The notes beneath the pieces were generated by a model that ran no database searches, had not been told where the DNA came from, and saw only the letters and a list, made by a program, of their open reading frames with translations. The position numbers were made by a program, and so were the translations under genes. From Auanema rhodensis (lineage: Eukaryota > Animalia > Nematoda): DNA of 64,000 bases. Below are positions 1 through 11,819 of the stretch, in pieces. The DNA lies in contig OZ059894.1 of the NCBI GenBank assembly GCA_964057225.1, positions 2,356,001 through 2,420,000 on the forward strand. Reading direction: 5' to 3'. Position 1 is the first letter of the stretch. Every line of letters begins with the position of its first letter.

Positions 1-8
1 AAATCGAG

Positions 9-30
9 GATATAAGTGTGAACTTATATC
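9..30. other. Inverted repeat 1 of the monomer (9-bp stem, 4-nt loop)
   Basis: GATATAAGT-gtga-ACTTATATC. It is perfect in most copies and mismatched in the GATCTA and GTAAGAACAT variants. Confidence 0.9.
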
Positions 31-180
31 AGTTGATATCTCGGTGCATTTTTAAGCTAGCGCAAATCTAATAACACAGATCGACGCAGCTTAAAAATCC
101 GCATCGAATGCACTATACTACATTGAGGAACGCTTAATACAAAAATTAGTTATGATCGTTTGAAAAATAATGCATTAGTG

Positions 181-210
181 TATGTTGAGTTTCCATGTAC
201 ACTCAACATA
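181..210. other. Inverted repeat 3 of the monomer (10-bp stem, 10-nt loop)
   Basis: TATGTTGAGT-ttccatgtac-ACTCAACATA. The stem is 9 bp in copies carrying the CATTG allele at pos 210. Confidence 0.9.
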
Positions 211-213
211 GCT

Positions 214-285
214 TCCAAAAACATTTTGACAAAAATTTTTTCGAAAAATTTCAGAATAATTTAGCAAAAAGTAGATGTTTTTAGA
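214..285. other. A/T-tract dyad region of the monomer, centred on TTTTTCGAAAAA
   Basis: AAATTTTT(233-240)-tcg-AAAAATTT(244-251) is flanked by ATTTTG/CAAAAT (in CAAAA alleles) and by AAAAACAT(217-224)/ATGTTTTT(275-282). Confidence 0.85.
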
Positions 286-742
286 TTTCTTTTCTCAAGG
301 CAAAGACGATGGACAATGTTATTCAACGAAAAAATTAATTCTTCAGGGTGAAAATCGAGGATATAAGTGTGAACTTATATCAGTTGATATCTCGGTGCAT
401 TTTTAAGCTAGCGCAAATCTGATAACACAGATCGACGCAGCTTGAAAATCCGCATCGAATGCACTATACTACTTTGAGAAGCGCTTAATACAAAAATTAG
501 TTATGATCGTTTGAAAAATGATGCATTAGTGTATGTTGAGTTTCCATGTACACTCAACATTGCTTCCAAAAACATTTTGACAAAAATTTTTTCGAAAAAT
601 TTCAGAATAATTTAGCAAAAAGTAGATGTTTTTAGATTTCTTTTCTCAAGGCAAAGACGATGGACAATGTTATTCAACGAAAAAATTAATTCTTCAGGGT
701 GAAAATCGAGGATATAAGTGTGAACTTATATCAGTTGATATC

Positions 743-815
743 TCGGTGCATTTTTAAGCTAGCGCAAATCTGATAACACAGATCGACGCAGCTTAAAAAT
801 CCGCATCGAATGCAC
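743..815. other. Inverted repeat 2 of the monomer (long nested stem-loop, pos 41-113; coordinates given for M3)
   Basis: ATTTTTAAGCT(48-58)/AGCTTAAAAAT(88-98) encloses GCG/CGC and ATCTG-ataaca-CAGAT. It is closed by TCGGTGC/GCATCGA with one G-T pair. An alternative pairing is GTGCATT(44-50)/AATGCAC(107-113). Confidence 0.88.
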
Positions 816-1755
816 TATACTACATTGAGAAACGCTTAATACAAAAATTAGTTATGATTGTTTGAAAAATGATGCATTAGTGTATGTTGAGTTTCCATGT
901 ACGCTCAACATTGCTCCCAAAAACATTTTGACAAAAATTTTTTCGAAAAATTTCAAAATAATTTAGCAAAAAGTAGATGTTTTTAGATTCCTTTTTTCAA
1001 GGCAAAGACGATGGACAATGTTATTCAAGGAAAAAATTAATTCTTCAGGGTGAAAATCGAGGATATAAGTGTGAACTTATATCAGTTGATATCTCGGTGC
1101 ATTTTTAAGCTAGCGCAAATCTAATAACACAGATCGACGCAGCTTAAAAATCCGCATCGAATGCACTATACTACATTGAGGAACGCTTAATACAAAAATT
1201 AGTTATGATCGTTTGAAAAATAATGCATTAGTGTATGTTGAGTTTCCATGTACACTCAACATAGCTTCCAAAAACATTTTGACAAAAATTTTTTCGAAAA
1301 ATTTAAGAATAATTTAGCAAAAAGTAGATGTTTTTAGATTTCTTTTCTCAAGGCAAAGACGATGGACAATGTTATTCAACGAAAAAATTAATTCTTCAGG
1401 GTGAAAATCGAGGATATAAGTGTGAACTTATATCAGTTGATATCTCGGTGCTTTTTTAAGCTAGCGCAAATCTGATAACACAGATCGACGCAGCTTGAAA
1501 ATCCGCATCGAATGCACTATACTACTTTGAGAAGCGCTTAATACAAAAATTAGTTATGATCGTTTGAAAAATGATGCATTAGTGTATGTTGAGTTTCCAT
1601 GTACACTCAACATTGCTTCCAAAAACATTTTGACAAAAATTTTTTCGAAAAATTTCAGAATAATTTAGCAAAAAGTAGATGTTTTTAGATTTCTTTTCTC
1701 AAGGCAAAGACGATGGACAATGTTATTCAACGAAAAAATTAATTCTTCAGGGTGA

Positions 1756-4700
1756 AAATCGAGGATATAAGTGTGAACTTATATCAGTTGATATCTCGGT
1801 GCATTTTTAAGCTAGCGCAAATCTGATAACACAGATCGACGCAGCTTAAAAATCCGCATCGAATGCACTATACTACATTGAGGAACGCTTAATACAAAAA
1901 TTAGTTATGATTGTTTGAAAAATGATGCATTAGTGTATGTTGAGTTTCCATGTACACTCAACATAGCTTCCAAAAACATTTTGACAAAAATTTTTTCGAA
2001 AAATTTCGAAATAATTTAGCGAAAAGTAGATGTTTTTAGATTCCTTTTTTCAAGACAAAGACGATGGACAATGTTATTCAACGAAAAAATTAATTCTTCA
2101 GGGTGAAAATCGAGGATATAAGTGTGAACTTATATCAGTTGATATCTCGGTGCATTTTTAAGCTAGCGCAAATCTGATAACACAGATCGACGCAGCTTAA
2201 AAATCCGCATCGAATGCACTATACTACATTGAGGAACGCTTAATACAAAAATTAGTTATGATCGTTTGAAAAATAATGCATTAGTGTATGTTGAGTTTCC
2301 ATGTACACTCAACATAGCTTCCAAAAACATTTTGACAAAAATTTTTTCGAAAAATTTCAAAATAATTTAGCGAAAAGTAGATGTTTTTAGATTCCTTTTA
2401 TCAAGGCAAAGACGATGGACAATGTTATTCAACGAAAAAATTAATTCTTCAGGGTGAAAATCGAGGATATAAGTGTGAACTTATATCAGTTGATATCTCG
2501 GTGCATTTTTAAGCTAGCGCAAATCTGATAACACAGATCGACGCAGCTTGAAAATCCGCATCGAATGCACTATACTACATTGAGAAACGCTTAATACAAA
2601 AATTAGTTATGATTGTTTGAAAAATGATGCATTAGTGTATGTTGAGTTTCCATGTACGCTCAACATTGCTTCCAAAAACATTTTGACAAAAATTTTTTCG
2701 AAAAATTTCAAAATAATTTAGCAAAAAATAGATGTTTTTAGATTCCTTTTTTCAAGGCAAAGACGATGGACAATGTTATTCAACGAAAAAATTAATTCTT
2801 CAGGGTGAAAATCGAGGATATAAGTGTGAACTTATATCAGTTGAGATCTCGGTGCATTTTTAAGCTAGCGCAAATCTGATAACACAGATCGACGCAGCTT
2901 AAAAATCCGCATCGAATGCACTATACTACATTGAGAAACGCTTAATACAAAAATTAGTTATGATTGTTTGAAAAATGATGCATTAGTGTATGTTGAGTTT
3001 CCATGTACGCTCAACATTGCTCCCAAAAACATTTTGACAAAAATTTTTTCGAAAAATTTCAAAATAATTTAGCAAAAAGTAGATGTTTTTAGATTCCTTT
3101 TTTCAAGGCAAAGACGATGGACAATGTTATTCAAGGAAAAAATTAATTCTTCAGGGTGAAAATCGAGGATATAAGTGTGAACTTATATCAGTTGATATCT
3201 CGGTGCATTTTTAAGCTAGCGCAAATCTAATAACACAGATCGACGCAGCTTAAAAATCCGCATCGAATGCACTATACTACATTGAGGAACGCTTAATACA
3301 AAAATTAGTTATGATCGTTTGAAAAATAATGCATTAGTGTATGTTGAGTTTCCATGTACACTCAACATAGCTTCCAAAAACATTTTGACAAAAATTTTTT
3401 CGAAAAATTTCATAATAATTTAGCAAAAAGTAGATGTTTTTAGATTTCTTTTCTCAAGGCAAAGACGATGGACAATGTTATTCAACGAAAAAATTAATTC
3501 TTCAGGGTGAAAATCGAGGATATAAGTGTGAACTTATATCAGTTGATATCTCGGTGCATTTTTAAGCTAGCGCAAATCTGATAACACAGATCGACGCAGC
3601 TTGAAAATCCGCATCGAATGCACTATACTACTTTGAGAAGCGCTTAATACAAAAATTAGTTATGATCGTTTGAAAAATGATGCATTAGTGTATGTTGAGT
3701 TTCCATGTACACTCAACATTGCTTCCAAAAACATTTTGACAAAAATTTTTTCGAAAAATTTCAGAATAATTTAGCAAAAAGTAGATGTTTTTAGATTTCT
3801 TTTCTCAAGGCAAAGACGATGGACAATGTTATTCAACGAAAAAATTAATTCTTCAGGGTGAAAATCGAGGATATAAGTGTGAACTTATATCAGTTGATAT
3901 CTCGGTGCATTTTTAAGCTAGCGCAAATCTGATAACACAGATCGACGCAGCTTGAAAATCCGCATCGAATGCACTATACTACATTGAGGAACGCTTAATA
4001 CAAAAATTAGTTATGATCGTTTGAAAAATAATGCATTAGTGTATGTTGAGTTTCCATGTACACTCAACATAGCTTCCAAAAACATTTTGACAAAAATTTT
4101 TTCGAAAAATTTCAGAATAATTTAGCAAAAAGTAGATGTTTTTAGATTTCTTTTCTCAAGGCAAAGACGATGGACAATGTTATTCAACGAAAAAATTAAT
4201 TCTTCAGGGTGAAAATCGAGGATATAAGTGTGAACTTATATCAGTTGATATCTCGGTGCATTTTTAAGCTAGCGCAAATCTGATAACACAGATCGACGCA
4301 GCTTGAAAATCCGCATCGAATGCACTATACTACTTTGAGAAGCGCTTAATACAAAAATTAGTTATGATCGTTTGAAAAATGATGCATTAGTGTATGTTGA
4401 GTTTCCATGTACACTCAACATTGCTTCCAAAAACATTTTGACAAAAATTTTTTCGAAAAATTTCAGAATAATTTAGCAAAAAGTAGATGTTTTTAGATTT
4501 CTTTTCTCAAGGCAAAGACGATGGACAATGTTATTCAACGAAAAAATTAATTCTTCAGGGTGAAAATCGAGGATATAAGTGTGAACTTATATCAGTTGAT
4601 ATCTCGGTGCATTTTTAAGCTAGCGCAAATCTGATAACACAGATCGACGCAGCTTGAAAATCCGCATCGAATGCACTATACTACATTGAGGAACGCTTAA

Positions 4701-7371
4701 TACAAAAATTAGTTATGATCGTTTGAAAAATAATGCATTAGTGTATGTTGAGTTTCCATGTACACTCAACATAGCTTCCAAAAACATTTTGACAAAAATT
4801 TTTTCGAAAAATTTCAGAATAATTTAGCAAAAAGTAGATGTTTTTAGATTTCTTTTCTCAAGGCAAAGACGATGGACAATGTTATTCAACGAAAAAATTA
4901 ATTCTTCAGGGTGAAAATCGAGGATATAAGTGTGAACTTATATCAGTTGATATCTCGGTGCATTTTTAAGCTAGCGCAAATCTGATAACACAGATCGACG
5001 CAGCTTGAAAATCCGCATCGAATGCACTATACTACTTTGAGAAGCGCTTAATACAAAAATTAGTTATGATCGTTTGAAAAATGATGCATTAGTGTATGTT
5101 GAGTTTCCATGTACACTCAACATTGCTTCCAAAAACATTTTGACAAAAATTTTTTCGAAAAATTTCAGAATAATTTAGCAAAAAGTAGATGTTTTTAGAT
5201 TTCTTTTCTCAAGGCAAAGACGATGGACAATGTTATTCAACGAAAAAATTAATTCTTCAGGGTGAAAATCGAGGATATAAGTGTGAACTTATATCAGTTG
5301 ATATCTCGGTGCATTTTTAAGCTAGCGCAAATCTGATAACACAGATCGACGCAGCTTAAAAATCCGCATCGAATGCACTATACTACATTGAGGAACGCTT
5401 AATACAAAAATTAGTTATGATTGTTTGAAAAATGATGCATTAGTGTATGTTGAGTTTCCATGTACACTCAACATAGCTTCCAAAAACATTTTGACAAAAA
5501 TTTTTTCGAAAAATTTCGAAATAATTTAGCGAAAAGTAGATGTTTTTAGATTCCTTTTTTCAAGACAAAGACGATGGACAATGTTATTCAACGAAAAAAT
5601 TAATTCTTCAGGGTGAAAATCGAGGATATAAGTGTGAACTTATATCAGTTGATATCTCGGTGCATTTTTAAGCTAGCGCAAATCTGATAACACAGATCGA
5701 CGCAGCTTAAAAATCCGCATCGAATGCACTATACTACATTGAGGAACGCTTAATACAAAAATTAGTTATGATCGTTTGAAAAATAATGCATTAGTGTATG
5801 TTGAGTTTCCATGTACACTCAACATAGCTTCCAAAAACATTTTGACAAAAATTTTTTCGAAAAATTTCAAAATAATTTAGCGAAAAGTAGATGTTTTTAG
5901 ATTCCTTTTATCAAGGCAAAGACGATGGACAATGTTATTCAACGAAAAAATTAATTCTTCAGGGTGAAAATCGAGGATATAAGTGTGAACTTATATCAGT
6001 TGATATCTCGGTGCATTTTTAAGCTAGCGCAAATCTGATAACACAGATCGACGCAGCTTGAAAATCCGCATCGAATGCACTATACTACATTGAGAAACGC
6101 TTAATACAAAAATTAGTTATGATTGTTTGAAAAATGATGCATTAGTGTATGTTGAGTTTCCATGTACGCTCAACATTGCTTCCAAAAACATTTTGACAAA
6201 AATTTTTTCGAAAAATTTCAAAATAATTTAGCAAAAAATAGATGTTTTTAGATTCCTTTTTTCAAGGCAAAGACGATGGACAATGTTATTCAACGAAAAA
6301 ATTAATTCTTCAGGGTGAAAATCGAGGATATAAGTGTGAACTTATATCAGTTGAGATCTCGGTGCATTTTTAAGCTAGCGCAAATCTGATAACACAGATC
6401 GACGCAGCTTAAAAATCCGCATCGAATGCACTATACTACATTGAGAAACGCTTAATACAAAAATTAGTTATGATTGTTTGAAAAATGATGCATTAGTGTA
6501 TGTTGAGTTTCCATGTACGCTCAACATTGCTCCCAAAAACATTTTGACAAAAATTTTTTCGAAAAATTTCAAAATAATTTAGCAAAAAGTAGATGTTTTT
6601 AGATTCCTTTTTTCAAGGCAAAGACGATGGACAATGTTATTCAAGGAAAAAATTAATTCTTCAGGGTGAAAATCGAGGATATAAGTGTGAACTTATATCA
6701 GTTGATATCTCGGTGCATTTTTAAGCTAGCGCAAATCTAATAACACAGATCGACGCAGCTTAAAAATCCGCATCGAATGCACTATACTACATTGAGGAAC
6801 GCTTAATACAAAAATTAGTTATGATCGTTTGAAAAATAATGCATTAGTGTATGTTGAGTTTCCATGTACACTCAACATAGCTTCCAAAAACATTTTGACA
6901 AAAATTTTTTCGAAAAATTTCAGAATAATTTAGCAAAAAGTAGATGTTTTTAGATTTCTTTTCTCAAGGCAAAGACGATGGACAATGTTATTCAACGAAA
7001 AAATTAATTCTTCAGGGTGAAAATCGAGGATATAAGTGTGAACTTATATCAGTTGATATCTCGGTGCATTTTTAAGCTAGCGCAAATCTGATAACACAGA
7101 TCGACGCAGCTTGAAAATCCGCATCGAATGCACTATACTACTTTGAGAAGCGCTTAATACAAAAATTAGTTATGATCGTTTGAAAAATGATGCATTAGTG
7201 TATGTTGAGTTTCCATGTACACTCAACATTGCTTCCAAAAACATTTTGACAAAAATTTTTTCGAAAAATTTCAGAATAATTTAGCAAAAAGTAGATGTTT
7301 TTAGATTTCTTTTCTCAAGGCAAAGACGATGGACAATGTTATTCAACGAAAAAATTAATTCTTCAGGGTGA
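1756..7371. repeat. Higher-order repeat: 6-monomer block D-E-F-C'-A-B present twice (1756-3861 and 5266-7371), separated by an (A'-B)x2 dimer
   Basis: The rare variant TTTTATC occurs at 2400 and 5910 (offset 3510 = 10 monomers). It is flanked by the same ordered variants in both copies: AAGAC, AAAAATAG, GAGATC+CTCCC+CAAGG, CTAATAAC. Confidence 0.85.
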
Positions 7372-10300
7372 AAATCGAGGATATAAGTGTGAACTTATAT
7401 CAGTTGATATCTCGGTGCATTTTTAAGCTAGCGCAAATCTGATAACACAGATCGACGCAGCTTGAAAATCCGCATCGAATGCACTATACTACATTGAGGA
7501 ACGCTTAATACAAAAATTAGTTATGATCGTTTGAAAAATAATGCATTAGTGTATGTTGAGTTTCCATGTACACTCAACATAGCTTCCAAAAACATTTTGA
7601 CAAAAATTTTTTCGAAAAATTTCGAAATAATTTAGCGAAAAGTAGATGTTTTTAGATTCCTTTTTTCAAGACAAAGACGATGGACAATGTTATTCAACGA
7701 AAAAATTAATTCTTCAGGGTGAAAATCGAGGATATAAGTGTGAACTTATATCAGTTGATATCTCGGTGCATTTTTAAGCTAGCGCAAATCTGATAACACA
7801 GATCGACGCAGCTTGAAAATCCGCATCGAATGCACTATACTACATTGAGAAACGCTTAATACAAAAATTAGTTATGATTGTTTGAAAAATGATGCATTAG
7901 TGTATGTTGAGTTTCCATGTACGCTCAACATTGCTCCCAAAAACATTTTGACAAAAATTTTTTCGAAAAATTTCAAAATAATTTAGCAAAAAGTAGATGT
8001 TTTTAGATTCCTTTTTTCAAGGCAAAGACGATGGACAATGTTATTCAACGAAAAAATTAATTCTTCAGGGTGAAAATCGAGGATATAAGTGTGAACTTAT
8101 ATCAGTTGATATCTCGGTGCATTTTTAAGCTAGCGCAAATCTAATAACACAGATCGACGCAGCTTAAAAATCCGCATCGAATGCACTATACTACATTAAG
8201 GAACGCTTAATACAAAAATTAGTTATGATCGTTTGAAAAATAATGCATTAGTGTATGTTGAGTTTCCATGTACACTCAACATAGCTTCCAAAAACATTTT
8301 GACAAAAATTTTTTCGAAAAATTTCAGAATAATTTAGCAAAAAGTAGATGTTTTTAGATTTCTTTTCTCAAGGCAAAGACGATGGACAATGTTATTCAAC
8401 GAAAAAATTAATTCTTCAGGGTGAAAATCGAGGATATAAGTGTGAACTTATATCAGTTGAGATCTCGGTGCATTTTTAAGCTAGCGCAAATCTGATAACA
8501 CAGATCGACGCAGCTTAAAAATCCGCATCGAATGCACTATACTACATTGAGAAACGCTTAATACAAAAATTAGTTATGATTGTTTGAAAAATGATGCATT
8601 AGTGTATGTTGAGTTTCCATGTACGCTCAACATTGCTCCCAAAAACATTTTGACAAAAATTTTTTCGAAAAATTTCAAAATAATTTAGCAAAAAGTAGAT
8701 GTTTTTAGATTCCTTTTTTCAAGGCAAAGACGATGGACAATGTTATTCAAGGAAAAAATTAATTCTTCAGGGTGAAAATCGAGGATATAAGTGTGAACTT
8801 ATATCAGTTGATATCTCGGTGCATTTTTAAGCTAGCGCAAATCTAATAACACAGATCGACGCAGCTTAAAAATCCGCATCGAATGCACTATACTACATTG
8901 AGGAACGCTTAATACAAAAATTAGTTATGATCGTTTGAAAAATAATGCATTAGTGTATGTTGAGTTTCCATGTACACTCAACATAGCTTCCAAAAACATT
9001 TTGACAAAAATTTTTTCGAAAAATTTCAGAATAATTTAGCAAAAAGTAGATGTTTTTAGATTTCTTTTCTCAAGGCAAAGACGATGGACAATGTTATTCA
9101 ACGAAAAAATTAATTCTTCAGGGTGAAAATCGAGGATATAAGTGTGAACTTATATCAGTTGATATCTCGGTGCATTTTTAAGCTAGCGCAAATCTGATAA
9201 CACAGATCGACGCAGCTTGAAAATCCGCATCGAATGCACTATACTACTTTGAGAAGCGCTTAATACAAAAATTAGTTATGATCGTTTGAAAAATGATGCA
9301 TTAGTGTATGTTGAGTTTCCATGTACACTCAACATTGCTTCCAAAAACATTTTGACAAAAATTTTTTCGAAAAATTTCAGAATAATTTAGCAAAAAGTAG
9401 ATGTTTTTAGATTTCTTTTCTCAAGGCAAAGACGATGGACAATGTTATTCAACGAAAAAATTAATTCTTCAGGGTGAAAATCGAGGATATAAGTGTGAAC
9501 TTATATCAGTTGATATCTCGGTGCATTTTTAAGCTAGCGCAAATCTGATAACACAGATCGACGCAGCTTAAAAATCCGCATCGAATGCACTATACTACAT
9601 TGAGGAACGCTTAATACAAAAATTAGTTATGATTGTTTGAAAAATGATGCATTAGTGTATGTTGAGTTTCCATGTACACTCAACATAGCTTCCAAAAACA
9701 TTTTGACAAAAATTTTTTCGAAAAATTTCGAAATAATTTAGCGAAAAGTAGATGTTTTTAGATTCCTTTTTTCAAGACAAAGACGATGGACAATGTTATT
9801 CAACGAAAAAATTAATTCTTCAGGGTGAAAATCGAGGATATAAGTGTGAACTTATATCAGTTGATATCTCGGTGCATTTTTAAGCTAGCGCAAATCTGAT
9901 AACACAGATCGACGTAGCTTGAAAATCCGCATCGAATGCACTATACTACATTGAGAAACGCTTAATACAAAAATTAGTTATGATTGTTTGAAAAATGATG
10001 CATTAGTGTATGTTGAGTTTCCATGTACGCTCAACATTGCTCCCAAAAACATTTTGACAAAAATTTTTTCGAAAAATTTCAAAATAATTTAGCAAAAAGT
10101 AGATGTTTTTAGATTCCTTTTTTCAAGGCAAAGACGATGGACAATGTTATTCAACGAAAAAATTAATTCTTCAGGGTGAAAATCGAGGATATAAGTGTGA
10201 ACTTATATCAGTTGATATCTCGGTGCATTTTTAAGCTAGCGCAAATCTAATAACACAGATCGACGCAGCTTAAAAATCCGCATCGAATGCACTATACTAC

Positions 10301-11819
10301 ATTGAGGAACGCTTAATACAAAAATTAGTTATGATCGTTTGAAAAATAATGCATTAGTGTATGTTGAGTTTCCATGTACACTCAACATAGCTTCCAAAAA
10401 CATTTTGACAAAAATTTTTTCGAAAAATTTCAGAATAATTTAGCAAAAAGTAGATGTTTTTAGATTTCTTTTCTCAAGGCAAAGACGATGGACAATGTTA
10501 TTCAACGAAAAAATTAATTCTTCAGGGTGAAAATCGAGGATATAAGTGTGAACTTATATCAGTTGATATCTCGGTGCATTTTTAAGCTAGCGCAAATCTG
10601 ATAACACAGATCGACGCAGCTTGAAAATCCGCATCGAATGCACTATACTACTTTGAGAAGCGCTTAATACAAAAATTAGTTATGATTGTTTGAAAAATGA
10701 TGCATTAGTGTATGTTGAGTTTCCATGTACGCTCAACATTGCTCCCAAAAACATTTTGACAAAAATTTTTTCGAAAAATTTCAAAATAATTTAGCAAAAA
10801 GTAGATGTTTTTAGATTCCTTTTTTCAAGGCAAAGACGATGGACAATGTTATTCAACGAAAAAATTAATTCTTCAGGGTGAAAATCGAGGATATAAGTGT
10901 GAACTTATATCAGTTGATATCTCGGTGCATTTTTAAGCTAGCGCAAATCTAATAACACAGATCGACGCAGCTTAAAAATCCGCATCGAATGCACTATACT
11001 ACATTGAGGAACGCTTAATACAAAAATTAGTTATGATCGTTTGAAAAATAATGCATTAGTGTATGTTGAGTTTCCATGTACACTCAACATAGCTTCCAAA
11101 AACATTTTGACAAAAATTTTTTCGAAAAATTTCAGAATAATTTAGCAAAAAGTAGATGTTTTTAGATTTCTTTTCTCAAGGCAAAGACGATGGACAATGT
11201 TATTCAACGAAAAAATTAATTCTTCAGGGTGAAAATCGAGGATATAAGTGTGAACTTATATCAGTTGATATCTCGGTGCATTTTTAAGCTAGCGCAAATC
11301 TGATAACACAGATCGACGCAGCTTGAAAATCCGCATCGAATGCACTATACTACTTTGAGAAGCGCTTAATACAAAAATTAGTTATGATCGTTTGAAAAAT
11401 GATGCATTAGTGTATGTTGAGTTTCCATGTACACTCAACATTGCTTCCAAAAACATTTTGACAAAAATTTTTTCGAAAAATTTCAGAATAATTTAGCAAA
11501 AAGTAGATGTTTTTAGATTTCTTTTCTCAAGGCAAAGACGATGGACAATGTTATTCAACGAAAAAATTAATTCTTCAGGGTGAAAATCGAGGATATAAGT
11601 GTGAACTTATATCAGTTGATATCTCGGTGCATTTTTAAGCTAGCGCAAATCTGATAACACAGATCGACGCAGCTTGAAAATCCGCATCGAATGCACTATA
11701 CTACTTTGAGAAGCGCTTAATACAAAAATTAGTTATGATCGTTTGAAAAATGATGCATTAGTGTATGTTGAGTTTCCATGTACACTCAACATTGCTTCCA
11801 AAAACATTTTGACAAAAAT

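Noticed and set aside
230-260. CENP-B box
   Set aside because: TTCG is present, but the required downstream A..CGGG is not found on either strand.
1-351. Repetitive protein-coding gene (351 is divisible by 3)
   Set aside because: The ORF track shows no long ORF in any frame, and frame +1 has stops at pos 13, 19, 262 and 349.
1-351. Tandem tRNA, 5S, snRNA or spliced-leader gene array
   Set aside because: I see no cloverleaf, no Pol III B-box (GTTCGA-type) and no recognisable 5S, snRNA or SL sequence.
1-351. Monomer as an ancient dimer of ~175 bp
   Set aside because: Only short AT-rich matches (for example CATTTT at offset 175) are visible, which is not distinguishable from chance without a self-alignment statistic.
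1-351. Assignment to a named satellite of similar length (Drosophila 359-bp/1.688, tenebrionid ~350-360-bp families)
   Set aside because: Only length and AT content are similar. I do not recognise sequence identity, so a database search is needed.
286-360. Hammerhead ribozyme, as in newt, schistosome and cave-cricket satellites (CUGAAGA on the - strand at 340-346; CUGAUAA on the + strand at pos 68-74)
   Set aside because: I could not build a stem II closing onto a GAAA, or the stems I and III around a cleavage triplet. The + strand motif also lacks G8. An Infernal search with Rfam hammerhead models would settle it.
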